From contig CAWCIZ010000002.1 of the NCBI GenBank assembly GCA_963795855.1, forward strand, positions 448,001 through 512,000: a stretch of 64,000 nucleotides of DNA, written 5' to 3'. The translations under genes and the position numbers were made by a program. This DNA comes from Vulcanimicrobiota bacterium (GTDB lineage: Bacteria; Vulcanimicrobiota; Vulcanimicrobiia; Vulcanimicrobiales; Vulcanimicrobiaceae). A model generated the notes under the pieces. That model made no database searches. It had not been told where the DNA came from and worked only from the letters and a program-made list of their open reading frames with translations. Every line of letters begins with the position of its first letter. Positions within the stretch are counted from its first letter, which is position 1. Positions 9,608-17,231 of this stretch are shown piece after piece.

Positions 9608-11255
9608 TCGATGCCCTTCTCGTCCGCCGTTTCGATGGCCGCATCGTAGCCCGCATCGGCGTGGCGCACGACGCCCATTCCGCAGTCGGTCGTCAGCACG
9701 CATTCCAACCGCTCGCGCGCGTCGTCGCTGCCGTCGGCGACCACGACCATTCCCGCGTGCAGACTGTATCCGATACCGACGCCGCCGCCGTGATGCACGG
9801 AAACCCAGTGCGCGCCGGCAGCGGTATTGAGGAGCGCGTTGAGAATCGGCCAGTCGGCGATTGCATCGCTGCCGTCCTTCATCGATTCCGTTTCACGGTA
9901 CGGCGACGCGACGCTCCCCGTGTCGAGGTGATCGCGGCCGATGACGATCGGCGCTTTGAGTTCGCCGCTGCGCACCAGGTCGTTGAACCGTACTCCCGCT
10001 TTCGCGCGATCGCCGAAGCCGAGCCAGCAAATGCGGGCAGGTAACCCTTGAAACGCAACGCGCTCGGACGCCAGCGAAATCCACCTGCGCAGATGCTCGT
10101 CCTGCGCAAAGAGTCGAGCAGTTCGCGATCGCAGCGCGCGATGTCGGACGGATCGCCCGAAAGCGCGGCGAAACGAAACGGCCCGCTGCCTCTGCAAAAT
10201 AGGGGGCGAATGAACGCGGGCACGAAGCCCGGAAAGTCGAACGCGCGCCCCACGCCGGCGCGCTGCGCCTGCGCTCGCACGTTGTTTCCGTAATCGAACA
10301 CGACCGCGCCGGCGTCCAGAAAATCCAGCATCGCGGTAACGTGCTTCGCGACGGTTTCCAGGCCGCGGCGCTCGTAGTCGTCGGGATCGTTCTTGCGCAG
10401 ATGCTCGGCTTCGCCCGGCGAAAGTCCCATCGGCACGTAGCCGTTCACCATGTCGTGCGCCGACGTTTGATCCGTAACCGCATCGGGACGAAAGCCGGAA
10501 GCGAAGAGTGCGGGAAATTCGTGTCCCGCATTTCCTTCATAGCCGACGGAAAGCGGCTTACCGCTGCGGCGCGCTTCTTCGACGAGTCGCACCGCCTCGT
10601 CGCGGGATTCCGCGAGCACGTCGAGATATCGCAGATCGCGGCGGCGCTCCAAGCGCGAACGATCGACGTCGATGACGAGCGCGACGCCTTCATTCATCGC
10701 GATCGCGAGCGGTTGCGCGCCGCCCATGCCGCCGATGCCCGCGGTCAAACAGACGCGGCCTTTGAGCGTGCCGCCGAAATGCTGCCGCGCGAGCTCCGCG
10801 AAGGTCTCGTACGTCCCTTGCACGATGCCTTGCGTGCCGATGTAGATCCAAGAGCCGGCAGTCATCTGCCCGTACATCGTCAGGCCCTGCGCCTCGAGTT
10901 CGCGAAAAACTTTCCAGTCCGCCCACTTGGGCACCAGATTCGAATTGGCGATCAGCACCCGCGGAGCGCGCTCGTGCGTCTTCCACACTGCCACCGGTTT
11001 GCCGCTCTGGACGATCAGCGTCTCGTCGTTCTTCAAACGCTTGAGCGTACGAACGATCGCATCGAACGCTTCCCACGAACGCGCCGCGCGTCCGTTACCT
11101 CCGTACACGACCAAGTCTTGCGGACGCTCCGCGACGTCGGGGTCGAGGTTGTTCATCAGCATGCGCAGCGCCGCTTCCTGCGGCCACCCCTCGCACGAAC
11201 GCGTCGAGCCGCGCGGCGCGCGAATGGTACGAGGAGCGCTCAGCGTCGTGGCCAT
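9595..11255 (-). CDS. hutU: Urocanate hydratase (frameshift near 10113, probably sequencing error)
   Basis: [33 protein letters not shown]-terminal [24 protein letters not shown] in a second frame. Confidence 0.95.
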
Positions 11256-11267
11256 CACATTTCCTTT

Positions 11268-12815
11268 CTACACCAGTTCCATGCCGATCGCGTTTTGCGC
11301 GGCCTGCACGAGCGCTCCGCTGTGAATCAGTTCGCGCGCGGCGACGATGTCCGGCGCCGGCACGCGATCGTCGGTCAACGGTTCGATCCGCTCGCGCGCG
11401 GCGTCGTACGCGGCTTGCGTGCCCGCACCCGATTTGAGCGGGCGCCGAAAATCGGTCGCGACGAGTGCGCCGAGCAGTTCGCACGCAAGCGAACCTTCAA
11501 CGTTTTGCAGGACGCGATCCAAGTTCACCGCAGCGGTCATGCCCATGCTGACGTGATCTTCTTGCCCAGCGGAAGTTGGAATCGAATCGACGCTGTTGGG
11601 CCACGCGAGCCCTTTGTTCTCGGAAACCAGGGCCGCCGAGGAATACTGCACGATCATCAAACCCGATTGCAAACCCGAACGTCCGGTCAGAAACAGGGGC
11701 AACCCGCGCTCTTCGGCGTTCAGCAGAAGATACAAGCGGCGTTCGCTGATGCCCGCGAGTTCCGCGAGCGACATCTTGAGCAAGTCGCAGGCGAGCGCGA
11801 TCGGCTGTCCATGAAAATTTCCGCCGGTCAGAAATTCTCCGTCGTCCGGAAAGACGAGCGGATTATCGGTCACGGAGATGGCTTCGGTTTCGATCACGCC
11901 GCGGGCATGCCGCGCTGCGTCTCGCACGGCGCCGTGCACGACCGGAATGCAGCGATAGGAGTACGGATCTTGCACGCGGCCGCACTCGCGGTGCGACTCC
12001 ATGATTTGCGAGCCGCGCAGCAATGCGCGTAGATTGTCGGCGACGCGGGCTTGTCCGGGATGCGGCCGCAGCGCGTTGAGCCGTCGATCGAAAACGCGAT
12101 CCGTGCCCAGGAACGCTTCCAGCGACATCGCTCCGATGATGTCCGCGGCAGCGAGCAATCGTTCCGCGCGCAATTGGCAGAGGGCGGCTATACCGGTCAT
12201 GACTTCGGTGCCGTTGACGAGCGCGAGCCCCTCTTTCGCGCCGAGTTCGATCGGCTCGAGACCGGCGAGTTGCAACGCGCGCGCACTCGGCATGCGCTCG
12301 CCGCGATAAAACGCCTCTCCTTCGCCGATGAGCGTGAGCGTCATGTGCGCAAGCGGCGCGAGATCGCCGCTTGCACCGACCGAACCTTGCCGGGGCACGA
12401 CCGGCGTTACGCCGCGATTGAGCAGCCCGACCAGCAGATCCAGCGTCGATTCCCGTACGCCGGAATGTCCCGCGGAAAGGGAACTGACGCGTAAAACGCC
12501 GGCGGCCCGAACGAACTCACGAGCCAGCGGCTCGCCGGTGCCGGCGGCATGGCTGCGCACCAAATTCAGCTGCAGTTGCGCGGCGTCTTTCGGCTCGACG
12601 GTAACGTTCGCAAGACGTCCGAAGCCCGTCGTCACGCCGTAAATCGCATCGCCGTTGCCGAACTTCTCGTCGACGAGCCGGCGCGCGGCGGCGACCCGCT
12701 CGCGTGCGCTCTCCGTGACGCGCACCGGCGCCTCGTTTTGCGCGACGTCGCGAATGACTTCGAGCGTGAGGTGCTTGCCGTCGAGGTCTACCGTGGGAAG
12801 GGCGGTCGTGGTCAT
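11268..12815 (-). CDS. hutH: Histidine ammonia-lyase
   Basis: YGVTTGFG, MIO motif GSVGASGDLAPL, QDPYSYRC, GGNFHG, QEDHVSMG. Confidence 0.96.
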   Translation of the reverse strand: MTTTALPTVDLDGKHLTLEVIRDVAQNEAPVRVTESARERVAAARRLVDEKFGNGDAIYGVTTGFGRLANVTVEPKDAAQLQLNLVRSHAAGTGEPLAREFVRAAGVLRVSSLSAGHSGVRESTLDLLVGLLNRGVTPVVPRQGSVGASGDLAPLAHMTLTLIGEGEAFYRGERMPSARALQLAGLEPIELGAKEGLALVNGTEVMTGIAALCQLRAERLLAAADIIGAMSLEAFLGTDRVFDRRLNALRPHPGQARVADNLRALLRGSQIMESHRECGRVQDPYSYRCIPVVHGAVRDAARHARGVIETEAISVTDNPLVFPDDGEFLTGGNFHGQPIALACDLLKMSLAELAGISERRLYLLLNAEERGLPLFLTGRSGLQSGLMIVQYSSAALVSENKGLAWPNSVDSIPTSAGQEDHVSMGMTAAVNLDRVLQNVEGSLACELLGALVATDFRRPLKSGAGTQAAYDAARERIEPLTDDRVPAPDIVAARELIHSGALVQAAQNAIGMELV

Positions 12816-12867
12816 ATGACGGGACTACTTCCGGCCGGGTGACTCGCCGCCTTCCCGCGTCACGAGG

Positions 12868-13386
12868 CTAGAGTTTCGACCAATCCGCGCGGTGCGGCGT
12901 CCCATAAGGCGGACCGTTTTGAATCACGATTTCCTCGTGGTCGCGCAACGGAATCGAACGCGGATCGGCGTTCCACGCGCGACCATTCACGCTCACGCGC
13001 AGCGAACGCCCGCGCGGCGCGCGGACCGGTCCGGCCACGCTGCGCCCTAAATCGCCGCCCCAGATGTCGAAGAACTCTCCGAGCGTGAACGTGCGCACGG
13101 TCGGCGCTTCGATATGGATGATGCCGTCCGCCGCGTGCGTGTGCACCCAATACAGACAACCGGCAATCGGCATGATGCCGATCTGAGCCGGCACCTCGAC
13201 CCTGCGGCCGCGATTGAAAATCTGCAGATGCGTATGGATGTGTTCCGCCGCATACTCCTGTGCATCGCAGTGTATGCCGTCGATCGGCAAGCCGGACATG
13301 AGGCTTTGCGCGGACGCGCGGCCGTGCCCGAGCGCGCCGCAAATCAACGCTGCTGCGGAAAAGAGAACGGCGATTCGAAGCTTCAC
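12868..13386 (-). CDS. Secreted hypothetical protein with His/Cys motifs
   Basis: Signal peptide from GTG (VKLRIAVLF); HIHTHL, CLYWVHTH..DGIIHIE, FTLGEFFDIWG; start uncertain. Confidence 0.7.
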   Translation of the reverse strand: MKLRIAVLFSAAALICGALGHGRASAQSLMSGLPIDGIHCDAQEYAAEHIHTHLQIFNRGRRVEVPAQIGIMPIAGCLYWVHTHAADGIIHIEAPTVRTFTLGEFFDIWGGDLGRSVAGPVRAPRGRSLRVSVNGRAWNADPRSIPLRDHEEIVIQNGPPYGTPHRADWSKL

Positions 13387-13399
13387 AAAAGCCCTTTCC

Positions 13400-13470
13400 G
13401 GTGGAAAGCGTGGATATGGAGAGGATGCACTGTGCATAAACGCAACTTTTTGTGGAAACGTTGTGAGTAG
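13400..13470 (-). promoter_or_regulatory. Cluster of five co-oriented DnaA-box-like 9-mers
   Basis: Minus strand TTATGCACA (13431-39, perfect TTWTNCACA), GTTTCCACA (13451-59), CTACTCACA (13462-70), ATATCCACG (13409-17), CTTTCCACC (13400-08). Confidence 0.5.
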
Positions 13471-13483
13471 AGCGTTCGCCGTC

Positions 13484-13512
13484 TTGCTACGCCTTTTTCG
13501 TAGTGATACCAT
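13484..13512 (+). promoter_or_regulatory. sigma70-type promoter with extended -10
   Basis: TTGCTA-17 nt-TACCAT preceded by TGA; predicted TSS about A13519. Confidence 0.7.
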
Positions 13513-13518
13513 GCAAAC

Positions 13519-13710
13519 ACTTCGATAAAACGAAGCGCGACGAACGTAGGTCGCGACCGGCCATGTTGACGATGCAGTCGCTCGTCGGCGATCCGAGTGG
13601 ACGGTCAAAGTTTCGCGGTCTCGTCAGTAGGACTTCTTTACGGGAGTCAAACAGGCGGAACAAGCCAAAACAAATACGTCGGGGCCTCGGAGCAATCCGA
13701 GGCCTTTGTC
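13519..13710 (+). ncRNA. Candidate stand-alone structured small RNA (~190 nt), family not recognised
   Basis: Lies between the promoter and an intrinsic terminator; several hairpins; no SD-led ORF that ends before the terminator. Confidence 0.6.
13681..13710 (+). terminator. Intrinsic terminator
   Basis: GGCCTCGGA-GCAA-TCCGAGGCC then TTTGTCATT. Confidence 0.75.
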
Positions 13711-13732
13711 ATTGTGCCGTTACGTGCGAAAT

Positions 13733-13766
13733 AAAAAAGCCGCACTGGGGAGAAGCGCGGCTTTTT
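13733..13766. terminator. Bidirectional intrinsic terminator downstream of the WYL gene
   Basis: AAAAAAGCCGC...GCGGCTTTTT. Confidence 0.75.
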
Positions 13767-13779
13767 CAGGGCGGACGGA

Positions 13780-14775
13780 TTACTTGGAAACGGGCAGTTC
13801 GTATTTCGCGGCGATCTGCGCGATCAGCATGCGAACGCGATCGCGCACCGAAGCGGGAGCGACGATCTCCGCTTGCGCGCCCCAGCCCAGCACCCAGCGC
13901 GCGAGTTCATCGACGTCTGCGACGTGATACGTGATCTCCACCGAACCGTCGGCGCGGCGATCCACCGCGCGATCGGCGACGATGCGCGCGGCCACGGCGG
14001 CCTTCGCGACGCGCGAGGCGAACCGCACGCGCACTTCGGTCGTGTGCTCGTTGTGCAGCACGCCGCTAATCGAACTGGACGCGAAATCGTCGACGCTGAA
14101 ATTCTGCGGTTTGGTGAACGTGCGGCCGAGCACGTCCAGGTCGGCGATGCTGTCGACGGCAAAGACGCGCTTGTCGCGGCGGTCGTGGTCGAATGCGACG
14201 CAGTAGACGCGGCCGCTGCTCACGATGAAGCCGTACGGATCCGCAACCCGTTTGGAACGCTGCCCTTCCTTGTCGGTGTAGGTAAAGCCGACGCTGCGCG
14301 AGCTGCGCTCGGCAGACGAGAGCAGCCCGAAGATCCGTTCGCCCTCCTGGTCCAGCTGCGTTTCGCTGAGCCGGAACGTCACGGGCGAGGTGCCCTCGAC
14401 GCGCTCTTTGACCCCGCTGCCCGCCGCGCCGGTGATCTTCTCGGTCACTTCGTCGACATAGGTCCCGATCGCGCCGCCTAAACTTGCGCTGATCGCGCGA
14501 AGCGCGACGAGCCCGAACAACTCGCTGCTGTTCAGTTCCAACCGCTTCAGACTATAGCCGTCGCTGAACCGGTACGTGTTCGTCGCGCGGTCGAAGTACC
14601 ACGGAAACCCGGCGTCCGCCAGCACGGCTAAATAGCGCCGCAAGCTGCGAGTCGACGGGCGATGCTCGCCTTCGCTGATGCGGTCTTTGAGTTGTTCGAA
14701 AGAGAAGCGGCCCTCGTCGATGGCGTTGAGCAGCCGGACGAGAAGCACGATTTTCGGCTCGTTCGTGCGTTCCAT
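13780..14775 (-). CDS. HTH-WYL-WCX transcriptional regulator (PafB/PafC/YafY-like)
   Basis: N-terminal HTH (STRSLRRYLAVL), WYL core (FTY..RVADPYG..GRVYCVAFD..KRVFAVDSI), WCX (WVLGWGAQAEIVAPASVR); probable leaderless ATG. Confidence 0.92.
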   Translation of the reverse strand: MERTNEPKIVLLVRLLNAIDEGRFSFEQLKDRISEGEHRPSTRSLRRYLAVLADAGFPWYFDRATNTYRFSDGYSLKRLELNSSELFGLVALRAISASLGGAIGTYVDEVTEKITGAAGSGVKERVEGTSPVTFRLSETQLDQEGERIFGLLSSAERSSRSVGFTYTDKEGQRSKRVADPYGFIVSSGRVYCVAFDHDRRDKRVFAVDSIADLDVLGRTFTKPQNFSVDDFASSSISGVLHNEHTTEVRVRFASRVAKAAVAARIVADRAVDRRADGSVEITYHVADVDELARWVLGWGAQAEIVAPASVRDRVRMLIAQIAAKYELPVSK

Positions 14776-14853
14776 TGGCATATTGTGCCAGTTAAGTGGC
14801 GAGACGGCCATCAAAATGACCTCAAAACCGCGCCTTCGCTGCTCAGAGAGCCA

Positions 14854-16509
14854 TCAGCCTGGCGTTTCCGTCGGCTCGGGCGCCGGAAGCGGCTTTGGAA
14901 AACAGCCATTTGGCGCAGTAATGGGCGGCACCGAAGGGTTCGGCGGGGTCGCCGTGACGCCGAGTTCGATGGGATAGCTCGAACCGCCGTCGGTCATCGT
15001 TTCCACGGGCAGCGTCATCTTCGCGTGCGGCCCGACCGTAAGCGGCGGTCCAATTTGATAACGGTCCGAAACGCGCGCGCAGCCGAGCTGCACCAGTTGC
15101 CCGTTTACCAAGAAGCTGCTTCGCACCGAACCGCCCATCGGCCGCTCGTACAAGTACAGCGTCTGCGGCTGATCGAGCGGATTGTCGATTTGGAAGTTCA
15201 CCGTTCGCACGACGCCGTATTCGCCGTAATCGTGGCCCGTCGGAACCGGCTCGCCGGCCGGATCGGCGGCGGGTGGAGTTTGTGCGCCGTATTGAATGCC
15301 GGCGTCGGGGCCCGGAGCCGTAAACGCGACCGCGTCCAGCGCATAGTTGACCAGCGAAAACGCGCCGGTGCGATGATGCCCGTCGTCGGGCAATTGCGGT
15401 TGCGCGAGGTATGCGGCGAGCTGCGCATCCGTCAAGCCGCCCTGCGGCAGCGAAAGAACGGTCACGGTGATCGCTCCGCCGCTTAGCACGCGAATGCCGA
15501 CGCTTCCCGCGGCTCCGTCGAGACGGTTCAGCGCGAATTCGTCCGCGACGTACGGCGCCTGCGCGCCGATGTCGACGACGATACCTTCGTTCAGCGGTTT
15601 CTGCGTGAGAAAGTCACGGGAGACCGCGTGCCCGACGCTCATGACGTCCATGCTCGGCCCCGCCGATGCATCGATCAATTGTACCGTCGACGGCTGCGAA
15701 CCACTCGAACGCAGTACCAGCGCGAGCTGCCGCGGGTCGTCCGTATTTTCGTGATAATAATACAAGCGTGCGGGGACGTTTGGCTCGACCTGCGCGCGGA
15801 ACAGCACGCCCGCAGCGGTAAGCCGTTCCGGATCGTCGTCATAGAAGAGAATCGGCGCAGAAAACGGGTCCGCCGCGACGTTTTGAATCGTCACCGTCGA
15901 TGTCGCGGCAACGTCGAGATACTCGTCGCCGCCGGCGATCGTTACCGGCACCGGAACCGCAGCGCTCGCGCCGGGGCCGAGCGTTTGCGGGAGCGTGAAG
16001 GGTGCGATCTGCGGCGCCGCGACGCCGGGTTGCAGTTGCACGGAGCGCAAGAGCGTTTTTTGGATTTGCAACGTCAGCCATTGCGTATCTACCTGCGTTC
16101 CGGTAACGCGCAGAACGATTGACGGCGGCACCGTTCCGGCATCCTGAGCCACGTGAACCGGAATTTGCACGGTTGCACCGGTCGCGTCGTTCAGCGTAAT
16201 CGTCGCGCGCCCCGTCTGCTGCAATGCGGTAACCGTCAGCGTGCGCGCCTGCTGATCGACCACAAGCGTCACGATCGGCGTATCGACGGTTGCCGTGAAC
16301 GGACCCGTACCACTTTGAATCGCGATCGTTTGCGATTGCGCGGGGTGCAGATTTACGACGGACGCGCTCACCGCGAGCGGCGCAGGTGACGGCGTAGCGG
16401 ACGCCGGCACGGATGCGGAAGGCGAAGGCTGCGGGCTAACGAGATCGGGCGGCGGTGGAGGCGGCGTGGCCTGAATGGCCAGCGCAAGGACGGCGAAGAA
16501 AAACGGCAC
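14854..16509 (-). CDS. Secreted hypothetical protein, Pro-rich linker and beta-rich domains
   Basis: Signal peptide, 551-aa ORF, FYDDDPE..GVLFR and GEYGV motifs. Confidence 0.7.
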   Translation of the reverse strand: MPFFFAVLALAIQATPPPPPPDLVSPQPSPSASVPASATPSPAPLAVSASVVNLHPAQSQTIAIQSGTGPFTATVDTPIVTLVVDQQARTLTVTALQQTGRATITLNDATGATVQIPVHVAQDAGTVPPSIVLRVTGTQVDTQWLTLQIQKTLLRSVQLQPGVAAPQIAPFTLPQTLGPGASAAVPVPVTIAGGDEYLDVAATSTVTIQNVAADPFSAPILFYDDDPERLTAAGVLFRAQVEPNVPARLYYYHENTDDPRQLALVLRSSGSQPSTVQLIDASAGPSMDVMSVGHAVSRDFLTQKPLNEGIVVDIGAQAPYVADEFALNRLDGAAGSVGIRVLSGGAITVTVLSLPQGGLTDAQLAAYLAQPQLPDDGHHRTGAFSLVNYALDAVAFTAPGPDAGIQYGAQTPPAADPAGEPVPTGHDYGEYGVVRTVNFQIDNPLDQPQTLYLYERPMGGSVRSSFLVNGQLVQLGCARVSDRYQIGPPLTVGPHAKMTLPVETMTDGGSSYPIELGVTATPPNPSVPPITAPNGCFPKPLPAPEPTETPG

Positions 16510-16570
16510 GGCTCACTCCATACGCTCGCAGCCGCTTGCGAGCCTTCGCCCAAGAACATACACTAAAAGC

Positions 16571-16951
16571 ATGATCGCCGATTCCCCGACGAACGACGAA
16601 GCGGGCGAGTTACTGAGCGAACTCGTATCGCTCTACAACGCGGGCGTACGCACGCGAAATTTCAGCGGACTGCTCGCACTGCTGGCTGACGACGCGGTCT
16701 TCACGTTCGAAGGAACCTCCGATCGCGGGCCGCTCGTGGGCAAACCCGCCATCGCTCAGCATTTTCAAGACGATCCGCCCGATGACGCCGTCCGAATCGT
16801 CCGCTGGAAACGGCAGGGCAACGAAATCGCCGCGCAATTCGGCTGGCTCGACATCCCGGAAGGCGGCGGCTGCCTGTACGTCGAGCCGCGAAATGGCCGC
16901 GTTTTGCGGCTGACGATCGCGTTCGGCGGGCCGCGCCGCGCGTTTCGCTAG
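16571..16951 (+). CDS. NTF2/SnoaL-like protein
   Basis: LLALLADDAVF..GPLVGKPAIAQHF pattern; TACACT 6 nt before the ATG. Confidence 0.75.
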   Translation: MIADSPTNDEAGELLSELVSLYNAGVRTRNFSGLLALLADDAVFTFEGTSDRGPLVGKPAIAQHFQDDPPDDAVRIVRWKRQGNEIAAQFGWLDIPEGGGCLYVEPRNGRVLRLTIAFGGPRRAFR

Positions 16952-16976
16952 CCGGGCGTCCGGGGACGTATTCCAC

Positions 16977-17231
16977 ATGAGCACATGGCACGTGTGGGGA
17001 GATTACGTCCAGACTCGCCCCGATCATATCGGCAACGCGACGCTCGTCACGGGCGAAGACAAAGCGGCCGAGCAGACCGCGAAATCGCACGGTTTCGATT
17101 TCGATTACCGTCTGCGCAACGGCTTCATGCCGTGGGCTGCAACGTTCCGCTGCGACAAGGACGAGGATCAGGATTTCGCGTTCGCAGCCTATCCGATCGT
17201 TCGCGGCTGGGACCGCGTCGCTTCAGCGTAA
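16977..17231 (+). CDS. Hypothetical protein (84 aa)
   Basis: ATG-led ORF filling the gap, natural amino-acid composition. Confidence 0.55.
   Translation: MSTWHVWGDYVQTRPDHIGNATLVTGEDKAAEQTAKSHGFDFDYRLRNGFMPWAATFRCDKDEDQDFAFAAYPIVRGWDRVASA

Noticed and set aside
13400..13530. oriC
   Set aside because: No dnaA/dnaN or parAB context, only one perfect box and no clear unwinding element; kept only as a box cluster
13387..13608. N-terminal extension of the 12868 gene given by the ORF track
   Set aside because: The signal peptide begins near 13386; the extension covers the promoter and box region
13503..13934. ORF across the candidate ncRNA (MLTMQSLVGDP...)
   Set aside because: No SD, runs through two terminators into the antisense of the WYL gene, no recognisable motif
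13780..14775. WYL gene as a marker of a defence island
   Set aside because: No cas, restriction, toxin or retron genes nearby; neighbours are housekeeping or secreted proteins
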